Shown: positions 29,214-40,083, counted from the first letter of the stretch. The stretch is 59,753 nt of DNA from an uncultured Candidatus Bathyarchaeia archaeon (GCA_964431725.1 CAYSKG010000001.1:17426-77178); one strand, 5' to 3'. The notes: generated by a model not told the origin, from the sequence alone. Program-made: numbers and translations.

Positions 29214-30318
29214 AGCACTTCAATATATGTGGAGTGAGAATCTAAGGAGAGGTTTAAGAGAGCCGGGCTACTGTCGTATACTGGTAGTTGGCGTTGGTGG
29301 AGCTGGAAATAATACCGTTAACAGGCTTATGGAATCTGGCATAGTTGGTGCTGAATGTATAGCGATTAATACCGATCTGCAACATCTGAATGCGGTGCAT
29401 GCTCATCAAAAGATTCTCATAGGCGAGAAGCTAACGCGCGGGCTTGGATCCGGCGGAGACCCTAATATTGGTAGGGCGGCGATCGAGGAGTCCATTGAAC
29501 AGGTTGAGAAAGTTCTGGAGGATGTTGACATAGTTTTTGTAACTGCGGGAATGGGCGGTGGAACAGGAACCGGCGCCGCACCGGTAGTCGCTAAGTTAGC
29601 GCGTGAAAAAGGTGCAATCGTCGTCGGCGTTGTTACAATGCCTTTCAAGATTGAGAGGGGAAGAATCGCCTATGCCCTTAAAGGATTAACCGAGATGCGA
29701 AGGGAATGTGACACGGTTATAGTCATTGATAATAATAAGCTGATGTGGCTTGTGCCGCAGCTACCAATAAATGAAGCCTTCAGAGTTGGGGATCAAGTTT
29801 TGGCTAATATGATTAAGGGAATAACCGAAGTAATATCAATGCCTAGTTTAATAAACTTAGATTTTGCAGACTTTAGAACAATAATGAAGCGCGGCGGCGT
29901 CGCGATAGCGGGTGTAGGTGAATCAAATGCTCCCAATAGAGCTGAGGACGCTGTTCAGAAAGCGCTTAGAATGCCATTGCTTGACGTAGACTATAGCGGT
30001 GCAAATGGCGCTTTAATTCATGTTTCAGGAGACAAAAGTCTAACAATAGAAGAAGCAAACACGGTAGGTGAAATTATAACTCAAATGATGAGCGAGGATG
30101 CCTTGGTTATTTGGGGCGCGCGAGTAGATCCGAATCTGAAAGGAACTTTAAGGGTTACATTAGTTATGACCGGGGTTAAGTCGCCTTATCTATTAAGTGG
30201 ATTCGGATCCAAAGCTGCCGAACTTTATGACTTGGACCCCCAACCTGAAAAGTCTGAAAAGTCATTAAACATTAACTTAGACCTGCAAGAATTGCCGGTC
30301 TTGGACATAGATAGCTAA
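29194..30318 (+). CDS. ftsZ: Cell division GTPase FtsZ
   Basis: [17 protein letters not shown] and [12 protein letters not shown] tubulin signature. The likely start is the ATG at 29194 (MAKLADKAL...), not the TTG at 29164 used by the ORF track. Confidence 0.9.
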   Translation: MAKLADKALQYMWSENLRRGLREPGYCRILVVGVGGAGNNTVNRLMESGIVGAECIAINTDLQHLNAVHAHQKILIGEKLTRGLGSGGDPNIGRAAIEESIEQVEKVLEDVDIVFVTAGMGGGTGTGAAPVVAKLAREKGAIVVGVVTMPFKIERGRIAYALKGLTEMRRECDTVIVIDNNKLMWLVPQLPINEAFRVGDQVLANMIKGITEVISMPSLINLDFADFRTIMKRGGVAIAGVGESNAPNRAEDAVQKALRMPLLDVDYSGANGALIHVSGDKSLTIEEANTVGEIITQMMSEDALVIWGARVDPNLKGTLRVTLVMTGVKSPYLLSGFGSKAAELYDLDPQPEKSEKSLNINLDLQELPVLDIDS

Positions 30319-31001
30319 ATCCAGCGCTTAAATCTCCTTCCCAAAATTTTTTTGATTCTTAATGAGAATGGTATTCCTCTGCCTAGTGGTATTGTTAATC
30401 CCTTTTTGATAGCCTCAATAATATTATCTATATTCGCTTCATCAACATCTATGATCGTATAAGCCAAGCCTATTGTTTCTAGCATGTGAGAATCGCTTCC
30501 CGCAGTCTGCGGCATATTATATCGTTCAGCAAATCTCCTAGTTAGATTAGTTAATAGTCTAAATGGAAAAAGTGACGAGTTAATAACTTCAATAGCGTCC
30601 AGACCTAAAGAAAGAATCTCTGGATTTAACCCTACTCCATCCTTAAATAATGTTTGCGGATGAGCCGCGATAGCTATGCCCCCATTTTCATGGATTTTTT
30701 CAATAGTTTCTTCAACACTTAATCCTTTTGGAATGGGCGATGTGATATTAATGCCGATTATATGCCCACTCTTCGTAGAAACCTCTATTCCCGGTATTAT
30801 TAGTGGCTTGTTATATTCATCCCCTTCATTTATCATTTTAATCAATCTCAAAGATCCTTCAACAACGTCGTGATCAGTTATTGCTACTCCATCTAATCCC
30901 TTTCTTTTAATTTGAAAAATTAGATCCTCTAGAGTTATATTGCTATCCTTGGAATAGCAAGTATGTACATGCAAATCAATTTTCAACTGCAAGAAATTCA
31001 T
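30315..31001 (-). CDS. PHP-domain metal-dependent phosphoesterase
   Basis: DLHVHTCYSKDS, ITDHD and AAHP motifs. Confidence 0.75.
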   Translation of the reverse strand: MNFLQLKIDLHVHTCYSKDSNITLEDLIFQIKRKGLDGVAITDHDVVEGSLRLIKMINEGDEYNKPLIIPGIEVSTKSGHIIGINITSPIPKGLSVEETIEKIHENGGIAIAAHPQTLFKDGVGLNPEILSLGLDAIEVINSSLFPFRLLTNLTRRFAERYNMPQTAGSDSHMLETIGLAYTIIDVDEANIDNIIEAIKKGLTIPLGRGIPFSLRIKKILGRRFKRWI

Positions 31002-31004
31002 CCG

Positions 31005-33014
31005 CTACCTTATTTTACTTCCTGGATTTATAGGCTTCTCAGGTCCTATGAATACTATACGTTTCCTATTTTCCGCGGCTAAAATCATTACTTCTGATTC
31101 TATGCCAAATATTTTCCTTGGCTTTAAATTAGTTACAACCACGATATACTTGCCTTCAAGTTCCTCAGGCTTATAATGTTCGGCTATTCCGGCAACAGCC
31201 GTTTTAAAATCCTTCTCACCAATATCGATTGCTAGCTTTAACAGATTCCGTGATTTAGGTACAGTTTCAGCTTTAATTATTTTTCCGACCCGCATATCTA
31301 TCTTCGAAAATTCTTCAATCGATATCTTCTCTTTGTTAATTCTAAGCTTCTCAAGCATATTTTGCAATCCCTCCTCAGAAGCTTCAATTTTACTAAATAA
31401 GGGCTCAGCTTCTCCAATCTTATGATCGACTGGTAGAAGTTTATATGCGTCCTCCCAGAGAACCTTCTCTGATAAATTTAGAAGTTTTCGAATTCTTTGT
31501 GCCGTGATAGGGATGAAAGGTTCCAGTATTATTGATAAAGCCTTAACTATCTGAGCGGAAACATATAATGTGTTTGCAGCGCTTTCTGGATCGGTTTTAA
31601 TCTTCTCCCAAGGCTTCTTTTTGTTTAAATATCTGTTTCCAATGCGGCTTAGATCTATCGCTTCCCGTAATGCTGCTTGTAACTGGAATCTGTCTAATGC
31701 CTTACTGACGGAGTCAACCTTATTCTTAATCGCATCCAGCGTTTCATTATCTAAGTTATCTAGCTTGGTTGGTTTTGGAATTTTACTCCCGAAATAGCTA
31801 CTTATGAACTTTAGTACTCTATGAATAAAATTCCCTAACGTGTCGTTCAAATCTGAATTCACTTTTTCAATGAAGATTTTCCATGTAAAATCAGAATCTT
31901 TTGTTTCCGGACGTATTGAAATTAAAGTGTACCTCCAATAGTCAACTGGAAACATTTCTAAAGCTTCATCTATCCAAACACCTATTCTCCGACTCTTTGA
32001 AGATTTCTGCCCACCAAATATTAACCATTCGTTTGTACAAACATTCCAAGGAAGATTATAGTCTTCATGAGTTGCCATTAGTAATGCTGGAAAGATCAGT
32101 GTATGGAATGGTATATTGTCTTTACCAATGAAATATAATGTTTTAACATTCTTATCAAACCAATATTCCCTCCATTTATCCCCATTTCCATGCTTCTTAA
32201 AATACTCGATTGTTGCTGAAACGTAACCTAAGACCGCGTCAAACCAAACATATATCGTCTTGTCTTCAGCGCCCTTAAATGGCGCAGGTATGCCCCACTT
32301 ATTATCTCTTGTTATCGGTCTAGGCTTTAATCCTTCTTTTAGGAGATTTATGCTAAAGTTTCTGGCGTTATCTGGAAACTGCTTATTTTCTTTAATGTAG
32401 CTCAGAAGCTTATCTGTAAACTTCGGCATGTCGAAGTACCAGTGTTTAACTGTTTTTATTATCGGCGCCGTATTGCATATAGCGCATTTTGCCTCCAGAA
32501 GCTTCGTAGGCTCGAGAAGACGCCCGCATTGTTCACACTGGTCTCCTCTTGCTTTTTCATAGCCGCAGTATGGACATTTCCCCTCAACAAATCTATCAGG
32601 TAGAAAGCGTTGACATTTTGGACAGTATGGAAGCTCATCTTCTTTAGTGAAAACATATCCGTTTCGTTCTATTTTGAGCATTAACTCCCTAACAAATTTT
32701 TTGTGAACTGGGCTTTCTGTTCTCGTATAGTTATCGAAAGATATAGCCCACTTATTAAATAACTCTGAAACAATCCTATGGTTTCTGTCAGTTAATTCCT
32801 TCGGTGAGATCTTCTGTCTAATTGCTTCAATCTCTATCGGCGTGCCATGCTCATCTGAACCGCTAACAAAAAGAACTTCATCGCCTTTAAGTCTATGATA
32901 ACGGGCGATAACATCCGCTGAGAGAATAGGTAGCAAATTGCCCAAGTGGGGTATGTGATTGATATATGGCCACGCGGCTGTAACTAGGATCTTCCCGAGT
33001 TTAACGCACCTCCC
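31005..33014 (-). CDS. metG: Methionyl-tRNA synthetase with C-terminal tRNA-binding (EMAP/Trbp111-like) domain
   Basis: PYINHIPHLGNLL (eukaryote/archaeal HLGN form of HIGH), two CxxC knuckles, SKSRRIG (KMSKS-type) and C-terminal DMRVGKI. The track start (TTG 32945) cuts off the HIGH region. The frame is open up to 33014. Confidence 0.9.
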   Translation of the reverse strand, partial: GRCVKLGKILVTAAWPYINHIPHLGNLLPILSADVIARYHRLKGDEVLFVSGSDEHGTPIEIEAIRQKISPKELTDRNHRIVSELFNKWAISFDNYTRTESPVHKKFVRELMLKIERNGYVFTKEDELPYCPKCQRFLPDRFVEGKCPYCGYEKARGDQCEQCGRLLEPTKLLEAKCAICNTAPIIKTVKHWYFDMPKFTDKLLSYIKENKQFPDNARNFSINLLKEGLKPRPITRDNKWGIPAPFKGAEDKTIYVWFDAVLGYVSATIEYFKKHGNGDKWREYWFDKNVKTLYFIGKDNIPFHTLIFPALLMATHEDYNLPWNVCTNEWLIFGGQKSSKSRRIGVWIDEALEMFPVDYWRYTLISIRPETKDSDFTWKIFIEKVNSDLNDTLGNFIHRVLKFISSYFGSKIPKPTKLDNLDNETLDAIKNKVDSVSKALDRFQLQAALREAIDLSRIGNRYLNKKKPWEKIKTDPESAANTLYVSAQIVKALSIILEPFIPITAQRIRKLLNLSEKVLWEDAYKLLPVDHKIGEAEPLFSKIEASEEGLQNMLEKLRINKEKISIEEFSKIDMRVGKIIKAETVPKSRNLLKLAIDIGEKDFKTAVAGIAEHYKPEELEGKYIVVVTNLKPRKIFGIESEVMILAAENRKRIVFIGPEKPINPGSKIR

Positions 33015-33080
33015 TCAGCAAAATAATCATTAAAATCTCATACTTAAATAAAACGGATAAGATAAGTGGGAATCAGGCTA

Positions 33081-34193
33081 TTAAGAAAGTAAGTGAATAT
33101 TCCCTATTCTTACCCTTTCAAGATATTTCTTAGCTACTTTATAACATTCATAAGCTTGTTTTCGGCTTGTTGTAGGCAGATCATCCATAACGTATTGGGG
33201 ATAAAAAGCTAATAGAGTATATGGTATCCGCGGATCTATATCTGCAATAAATTTAGCTATGTTCTCCACCTCTTCAGCATCTATATAACCTGGAATCAAA
33301 AGTGTGCTGGCTGTTAAAACCGGAACTTCAAGTCTCTCTCGAAAATATTTTTCTCCTATAATTCTAAAATTTTCAAATGAAAATTTATTAGAAGTCCCGC
33401 AAAGAGCTCTATAAAGATTTTCATCCCATGCTTTTAAATCAAATTTTACAATGCCTCCGCTTTTAAAGGATAGCTCAGCGGATTTAAGGGCAAAATCTCT
33501 TCGCATGTTTCCATTTGTCTCCCAGCATATTCTCAATATGCGCTTTTCAATTTCCGCTTTTTCCATAGCTATTTCGCTGGTTCTTATTGCATGAGCCATC
33601 TGAACAGAAGGGTCGCCGCCGAAAAAACATATGCATGAAACTTTATCATTAACCTTACTGGCTAATTCCTCACTGCTTATACAAGGCTTAAGTTTTTGAG
33701 AGAGATTTCTATAATGCCAGTTTTGACAGAAAAGACAATCAAGGCTACATGCGCCATAGAAAACTGCTAAATTAACATAACCTGTCTCAGCTGATGGTTT
33801 GTAAGCGTATTTTGGATAGCCAGCGCCGGTGCAACCTGGACAAAACCACCATGCGACACAATTTGTTGGTAAAGGATCATAATACCATTCTAAAATCCCT
33901 TTGTCAGATGTGCCGCCTAAACGTATAAGACGACCTGAAATATTTTTTGTTAGACCGCAGAAACCTACTTCATTATCCCCAATGATACATTTATTTCCGC
34001 ACATTCCACACATTATTCCATTAGGATTCTTGGGCACGCTGGGTGGTAGACCAAACATTTTCCTAGAGGTTTCTCTTATCTTACTAACTATTTTAAGAGC
34101 TTCATCAGGTTTTTCCTTAATACATCTAGAACAAACGTTTAATTTATCTGAGATTAAAGGTGAATCACCATTGCATAATAGGCATCTTCCCAT
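33081..34193 (-). CDS. Radical SAM enzyme (AmmeMemoRadiSam / PFL-activase-like)
   Basis: CSLDCLFCQNWHYR radical-SAM cluster motif, with N-terminal extra Cys pairs. Confidence 0.75.
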   Translation of the reverse strand: MGRCLLCNGDSPLISDKLNVCSRCIKEKPDEALKIVSKIRETSRKMFGLPPSVPKNPNGIMCGMCGNKCIIGDNEVGFCGLTKNISGRLIRLGGTSDKGILEWYYDPLPTNCVAWWFCPGCTGAGYPKYAYKPSAETGYVNLAVFYGACSLDCLFCQNWHYRNLSQKLKPCISSEELASKVNDKVSCICFFGGDPSVQMAHAIRTSEIAMEKAEIEKRILRICWETNGNMRRDFALKSAELSFKSGGIVKFDLKAWDENLYRALCGTSNKFSFENFRIIGEKYFRERLEVPVLTASTLLIPGYIDAEEVENIAKFIADIDPRIPYTLLAFYPQYVMDDLPTTSRKQAYECYKVAKKYLERVRIGNIHLLS

Positions 34194-34293
34194 TTTTCTC
34201 CACTAATATTAAAAAATTGTTACAAAATTATTTATTCTTACATAGTCATCAAAATCCAAAATGATTGCTGGTAATGATGAGAGGTGATAGGCT

Positions 34294-34488
34294 ATGGGTA
34301 AACTCGAGAAGGAAATACTGGATCTTTTAAGCCAATCTAAACCCTTAACACTAATGGAAATAGCTGAGAAATTAAATAGAAAGCCAAAAACAATCTTTAA
34401 ATCTCTACGCAAACTTTTTGAAGAAGGTAGAATAGTATGTGATGCAAGAACGAGGCGTTATACATTAGACAAGGATCAGGAGCAATAA
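34294..34488 (+). CDS. Small winged-helix DNA-binding protein
   Basis: 64 aa. KEILDLLSQSKPLTLMEIAEKLNRKPKTIFKSLRKLFEEGRI is a typical wHTH. It lies just upstream of the GH38 gene. Confidence 0.55.
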   Translation: MGKLEKEILDLLSQSKPLTLMEIAEKLNRKPKTIFKSLRKLFEEGRIVCDARTRRYTLDKDQEQ

Positions 34489-34552
34489 TGGAGAAATATG
34501 AAGGGATTCTTAAGAAACCTTAAAACTTTAAAAACCATTTATTTTTAAGTTA

Positions 34553-37500
34553 ATGAACGATGGAGGTTTTCTTTTGAAAACAGACGCCATGAAATTTGAA
34601 AAATTAACAAAAGTAATTATGGAGAATCTCCAAGAGACTTATAAACGATTAATTAATTATCGTGACAAAATTTCATGGAAATTTTCTTATGGTGCTATAC
34701 CGGAAGCATATAAACCGAATTTTGACGATTCTTCATGGAAAACCGTTAAGCTACCCTTTCTATTCGATACACGGAAAGGTGAAGTGTGGCTTAGATGCAA
34801 AATAACCATCCCCGAAGAAATCGAGGGAATCAAAATTTCAAATTCAACAGTGAAGTTTTTCTCCTCTGCAATAATAAATAAAAGTGAAATTTTTGTAGAT
34901 GGAAGAAAAGTTTTGAGTGCAGATTACTGGATGGAGCTGAGAGGACCAAAAATAATACTGGACGAACATACTAAACCAGGTAAGGAACATACAATAGCGG
35001 TTCATCTATTCCCAAAGCATGAACCAGTCAATGTTCCGCAGTTTTATGTAACCTATAGTAACATTGAGAATCTATCTTTTGAGATTGAATCGTTTATAGA
35101 GGAGATCAGATTTGCTAAGCTGCTCGACAAGGATTTAACCATCAAAGTCTTAGAGGAATTCGACCTTAATGCTTTTAGAGGAGACATATTGCGCTTAATA
35201 AGAGAAATAGAAAAAGCCCGGAAAAAACTTTTACCCCTATCCAAAAAAGCCAAAGAATTTAAAGTTTATTTGATTGCTCATGCCCATATAGACATGAATT
35301 GGCTTTGGCCTTGGGAAGACACCGTCAATACGATTCGAGACACATTCTCCACAATGGTCAACCTAATGAGTAAATACAATGACTTTCACTTCTCCCAGAG
35401 TCAAGCCATAACCTATAAGGTTGTGGAAGATAACTTTCCAGAACTCTTTGAAAGAATAAGACAATATGTCAAGAGAGGTAATTGGGATATTACGGCTTCT
35501 ATGTGGGTTGAAGCCGACCTTAATATGGCTGGGACGGAAGCATTATTAAGACAATTCTTGTACGCTAGGCGTTATATTAATGAAAAATTTGGTGTGAAAC
35601 CTAAAATCTGCTGGGAGCCAGATACCTTTGGTCATATCTGGACTCTTCCGCAGATACTGAGGAAATTTGGCATTAAATACTATTACTTCATGCGATGTAG
35701 TAAGGGCTATCCGCTATTCTGGTGGGAAGGCCCCGATGGATCGCGGGTTTTAGCTTTCACAAGTGTCTACCATAATGTTGTGACACCTAAAAATATTGTT
35801 GATGTAGCCATTGATTTTTACGAGCGTTATGGATTGAAAACAAGCATGTTTGTTTACGGCGCCGGAAATCATGGTGGAGGTGCAACCATAGAAGATATTG
35901 AGGCTACTTATGAAATGCGGAAAAAGCCAACTTTGCCAGAATTATTCCTTAGTTCAACTCAAACATTTTACGAGGAGGTTGAAAAGGAGATCGAGAAGAA
36001 AGGTCTAGCCATGCCAATCATCAACGGGGAACTGCAGTTCACCTTCGATGGATGCTATACCACGCATAGCGATATCAAACGCTATAATAGATTATGCGAA
36101 TCTTTACTTATCGATGCTGAAAAATTAGGTATTATTGCTAATGTATATGAAAAAGATACTCTGAAAAAGTCTTGGTTAAATGTTCTTCTTAATCAATTTC
36201 ATGATATCCTTGATGGAAGCGGAACTGCTGAAGCATACATATACCCAAAGAAACTTGCTCAAGAAGCTCTAAGAACAGCTGAGAACCTAATAAATTCAGC
36301 AATTAAAGCATTGTGTAATAAAATAAAATTTTCGAGAGATGGGCTACCAGTGGTGGTCTTCAATACTCTTTCGTGGGATCGCACAGATCTAGTGAAAGTA
36401 AAAATCCCTGCGCATCTGATTCCTAAAAATCCAGTAGCCGTCTCCTATGACGGAAGAGAAAAATGCCCAATCCAACTATGCGGAGATGAGATAATATTCA
36501 TAGCGCATGTACCACCAATGGGCTACAAAACTTATTATATTATTGAAGGAAATCTAGGGAAACATTCTATTCTGAAGGGGTCTAATGATACCCTAGAGAA
36601 CGAGAATTTCAGAATCGAAATAAATAGATCTTTTGGAACCATTCGCTCTTTATATGATAAAGTGAATAATAAATTCGTGTTTAAAGAGGAAAGGTACCCA
36701 GACACTGGTCTAGTGCTCAGTAATCTTATGCAGATCTTATATGAGCTACCTCATCCAATGTCAGCGTGGATAATTGGTCCAATATCCAAAATTGAAAACC
36801 TCATAAAAGACGTTACTGTTGAGCTGATTGAAAAGGGTCCTGTAAGGGCGACAATAAAAGTTTCGCGGAAATACCGCAATTCCAAGATTATACAGCACAT
36901 TTCTCTCTATGATGGTATGCCCAGAATAGATTTCCATACATTTATTGATTGGCATGAAATATCGGATGATAAGACTGAAGCTCCTATGCTTAAAGTTTCT
37001 TATACGCCCATACTCGGTAGATCCAAGGCTACATTCGAAATACCTTTCGGGTACATTGAAAGGATTCCGGATGGAACTGAAGTTCCAGCATTGAGGTGGG
37101 TTGATTTGTCAGATGAGGAATATGGTTTAACACTTGCTAATAACTGTAAATATGGATTCGATGTAAAAGGCAACACCTTAAGAATGACGCTTATTAGAAC
37201 GAGCTATAGTCCGGATCCCAAACCAGATCAGGGCATGCATGAGATCTTATATGCATTATATCCACATAGTGGCGACTGGAAAAAAGCCTTAGCCTTCAGA
37301 ACCGGATGGGAATTAAATCATCCACTTATAGCTTATGCGGTCTTAAATCCATTAAAAGCGAGCAGTAATCCATGTGAACCTGAAGAAAAAACCATGTTTC
37401 AAATCAAGCCTGAAAATGTGGTGGTCTCTTGCCTTAAGAAATCCGAGGATTCAGATGATATTATTGTTAGAGTCTATGATGCTACTGGTGATGGAGCCGA

Positions 37501-37660
37501 TGCTGAAATAAAATTTAACATGAATGTAAAAGATGTTTTTGAAGCAGATTTAATGGAGAATCCTATAAAAGCGCTTAAGATTCGAAATGGCACGATTTCA
37601 TTTAGGCTCAATCCATTTGAAATAAAGACTCTACGCATAACGTTGGCGCATGCCGACTAA
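34553..37660 (+). CDS. GH38 alpha-mannosidase
   Basis: IAHAHIDMNWLWPW and EPDTFGH motifs; size (1035 aa) is typical of prokaryotic GH38. Confidence 0.85.
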   Translation: MNDGGFLLKTDAMKFEKLTKVIMENLQETYKRLINYRDKISWKFSYGAIPEAYKPNFDDSSWKTVKLPFLFDTRKGEVWLRCKITIPEEIEGIKISNSTVKFFSSAIINKSEIFVDGRKVLSADYWMELRGPKIILDEHTKPGKEHTIAVHLFPKHEPVNVPQFYVTYSNIENLSFEIESFIEEIRFAKLLDKDLTIKVLEEFDLNAFRGDILRLIREIEKARKKLLPLSKKAKEFKVYLIAHAHIDMNWLWPWEDTVNTIRDTFSTMVNLMSKYNDFHFSQSQAITYKVVEDNFPELFERIRQYVKRGNWDITASMWVEADLNMAGTEALLRQFLYARRYINEKFGVKPKICWEPDTFGHIWTLPQILRKFGIKYYYFMRCSKGYPLFWWEGPDGSRVLAFTSVYHNVVTPKNIVDVAIDFYERYGLKTSMFVYGAGNHGGGATIEDIEATYEMRKKPTLPELFLSSTQTFYEEVEKEIEKKGLAMPIINGELQFTFDGCYTTHSDIKRYNRLCESLLIDAEKLGIIANVYEKDTLKKSWLNVLLNQFHDILDGSGTAEAYIYPKKLAQEALRTAENLINSAIKALCNKIKFSRDGLPVVVFNTLSWDRTDLVKVKIPAHLIPKNPVAVSYDGREKCPIQLCGDEIIFIAHVPPMGYKTYYIIEGNLGKHSILKGSNDTLENENFRIEINRSFGTIRSLYDKVNNKFVFKEERYPDTGLVLSNLMQILYELPHPMSAWIIGPISKIENLIKDVTVELIEKGPVRATIKVSRKYRNSKIIQHISLYDGMPRIDFHTFIDWHEISDDKTEAPMLKVSYTPILGRSKATFEIPFGYIERIPDGTEVPALRWVDLSDEEYGLTLANNCKYGFDVKGNTLRMTLIRTSYSPDPKPDQGMHEILYALYPHSGDWKKALAFRTGWELNHPLIAYAVLNPLKASSNPCEPEEKTMFQIKPENVVVSCLKKSEDSDDIIVRVYDATGDGADAEIKFNMNVKDVFEADLMENPIKALKIRNGTISFRLNPFEIKTLRITLAHAD

Positions 37661-37696
37661 TAGAACTTGCAGAATATATCTTCCCTTACCTTTTTA

Positions 37697-38398
37697 TTAC
37701 ACCATTTTTAGTATATCTGGTTTATCACTGGCTATTCCATCAACACCCTTTTTAGCATATTCTTGGGCTTCTTCTAAAGTATTTATCGTCCAAACAATTA
37801 CCTTCAAGCCATTTTCATGAGCCCTTCTTATTAGGGTTGAGTGTGTAAACCTATACAGCGGAAGTAGATATTGCGCTTTTAACGATAGGGCTGCCTTTAT
37901 CGGATTTCTATGTCTAACATATATCAAGCCAGTTTCGATCTTATCATTTAATTCCCTAATTCTTCTCAAAGCTTCTTCATGGAAAGATATCACTATAACA
38001 TTATCCTCTAAACTTTTACTTCTAATAATCTCTAGGAGCTTATCCTCGAATCCCGTTTCTTTTAACTCTATGAGAATCTTAACTTTTTTATCGAGAAAAT
38101 CAAGCGCTTCCTCTAAGGTGGGTATTTTTTCACCTTTTTCAGTATTCAGCTTTTTGATTTCTTCAAGAGTTAACTCGTTAACTAAACCTTTGCCATTAGT
38201 TGTTCTATCAACTTTATTATCGTGTATAACTACCAGTTTGCCATCTTTGGTTCTTCTAACATCAAGTTCAATCGCGTTCACGCCTAGTTCTAACGCCTTC
38301 TTAAAACTACGTAATGTATTCTCCGGTTCATATGCTCTTGCCCCTCTATGACCAATTTTCAATTCAAGCATGTTTACACACCAATATATCTTCTTCAA
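37697..38398 (-). CDS. Glycerophosphodiester phosphodiesterase
   Basis: GHRGA...ENTL, IELDVRRTKDGKLVVIHD and VWTIN motifs. Confidence 0.85.
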   Translation of the reverse strand: MKKIYWCVNMLELKIGHRGARAYEPENTLRSFKKALELGVNAIELDVRRTKDGKLVVIHDNKVDRTTNGKGLVNELTLEEIKKLNTEKGEKIPTLEEALDFLDKKVKILIELKETGFEDKLLEIIRSKSLEDNVIVISFHEEALRRIRELNDKIETGLIYVRHRNPIKAALSLKAQYLLPLYRFTHSTLIRRAHENGLKVIVWTINTLEEAQEYAKKGVDGIASDKPDILKMV

Positions 38399-38719
38399 CT
38401 ATTCTTCTTTTTCCTCAACTATTATTTTACATTTTGTCGCTAGAGCCGCTATAACCCCCAAGGCAGCAACCCAAGGTGCAAGTAAAGCCCCTATTAGCCC
38501 TACGGTTACAGGTATTTCGAGAAGAGTTTCATCTTTTTCATTCTTTACTATTATTTTGGTAACATTCCCTTTATGAATCAATTCTTTAATTTTCTTGATT
38601 AAATCGTCCGACGAAACCTCATATTCTTTTCGAGTAACGCCCTTTTGGAACGCGCCACAATATGGGCAATAGTTCATTTCCCCTGATAATTCCTTACCAC
38701 AATTTACGCAATAAACCAA
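38399..38719 (-). CDS. Zinc-ribbon + DUF4342-like protein
   Basis: YCVNCG...YCPYCG ribbon, then IKELIHKGNVTKIIVKNEKDETLLEIPVTVGLIGALLAPWVAALGVIAAL. It abuts the GDPD start with no gap. Confidence 0.6.
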   Translation of the reverse strand: MVYCVNCGKELSGEMNYCPYCGAFQKGVTRKEYEVSSDDLIKKIKELIHKGNVTKIIVKNEKDETLLEIPVTVGLIGALLAPWVAALGVIAALATKCKIIVEEKEE

Positions 38720-38803
38720 TTTACTTTCTCCTTAACTTTCTTAAGTGTATTTTAAACATTATATGCTTAAAAATGTTATAAGTTCTTTCATCAAAAAGAA
38801 ACC

Positions 38804-40063
38804 CTACGCTTTTAACTTAACATAGATGGTTGTCAAAACTAAAGCTAAAACTGAAGTTACAATTAAGAAGGCTGGGAAAAATCCTAACATTCCTATAAAA
38901 AATCCTGCTACTATTGGACCCGTAGCGTGACCTACGTCTTTTATCGTTTCTAAAGCTCCTATTCCTGATCCTAATGTTGTCTTAGAGGATATTTCCGATA
39001 TTAGTGGTGAGGTTGAAGAGGTGGTTAATGACGCTCCTAATCCATACACTATCATCACTAACAATAGGCCGAAAAAATTGTTTGTGAGAGGGAGAAAAAG
39101 CAAGCTTACCGCTGAAACCGCTAAACCAGCAATTATGAATAGTTTTCTTCCATATTTATCTGAAAGCAATCCAGCGAATGGTCTAAAAAGAGCTATAGTT
39201 AATATCTGTAGGCTCATGAGAAACCCAGTTACCCATTTTTCAATCCCAATCATGTCAGAGTAAATTGGCATAAAAGTTTCAATAGCGCCCATACTGAAGT
39301 ACAGAGCTGCTTCAGCTGAGCTAACAATAATAATATTAATGTTTTTTATGATGGTTTTCAAGCTTTCAATCACACTTGTTTTTGTCTCTTCGATGTTTCC
39401 CTTATGATCTACTGGTTTTATTCTAAATGAGGAAAACATAGCTATGAGTCCAGCAATCCCGCAGATGAGATAAGCCAGTTGAAAAGGAGCTAGAAAATGA
39501 ATAGAAACTAAAAAACCAGCTGCTATTGGAGCTAAAAGCCTGCCAATCATGGTTGATGAAGAGAATATCCCCATAAATTCTCCTCTACGGGAGGAAAACA
39601 TATCGGCTATATAAGCCAGAGATACGGGCATGAAAATTGCAGTTGCAAATCCATGATATATTCTAAATAGAATCAGTTGCCATGTTTCAGTTACAGAGAG
39701 ATAAAGAAAGGGTGCTGAAGCAAAAATTAGTCCGGAAGCAATTAACATTTTTCTTCTACCATATACATCTGAAAGAGAACCAGCTGTTATGTTAACAAAT
39801 ATTCCAGTAATTGTGCTTGCCGCCGCAATCAACCCTATTTCAAAATCAGTTGCACCGAGGAATTTTGAAAACCATGAAAGAGTTGGAGATTTAGACATGG
39901 TTGAACTAAAGATGGCGAAGGCGCCCATAAAACAAAGTAGAAGAAAATTCTTTGGAAGTTCTCTTTTAGGCTTCATATCGCTTCCCATTAATATTATTAT
40001 TGCTATCTGATAAGTGAGGATAGCTAATAAAAATGTAGCGAAAAACCCGGTTCCATAGTTCAA
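38804..40063 (-). CDS. MFS transporter
   Basis: About 12 TM segments, with the MFS loop motifs SDVYGRRKM and SDKYGRK. Confidence 0.75.
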   Translation of the reverse strand: MNYGTGFFATFLLAILTYQIAIIILMGSDMKPKRELPKNFLLLCFMGAFAIFSSTMSKSPTLSWFSKFLGATDFEIGLIAAASTITGIFVNITAGSLSDVYGRRKMLIASGLIFASAPFLYLSVTETWQLILFRIYHGFATAIFMPVSLAYIADMFSSRRGEFMGIFSSSTMIGRLLAPIAAGFLVSIHFLAPFQLAYLICGIAGLIAMFSSFRIKPVDHKGNIEETKTSVIESLKTIIKNINIIIVSSAEAALYFSMGAIETFMPIYSDMIGIEKWVTGFLMSLQILTIALFRPFAGLLSDKYGRKLFIIAGLAVSAVSLLFLPLTNNFFGLLLVMIVYGLGASLTTSSTSPLISEISSKTTLGSGIGALETIKDVGHATGPIVAGFFIGMLGFFPAFLIVTSVLALVLTTIYVKLKA

Positions 40064-40083
40064 GTTAGATTTAAGCTTTAATC

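Noticed and set aside
34209-34412. 67-aa minus-strand ORF between the radical SAM gene and GH38.
   Set aside because: It overlaps, antisense, the plus-strand 64-aa wHTH ORF, which has a clear HTH pattern and a sensible position upstream of GH38.
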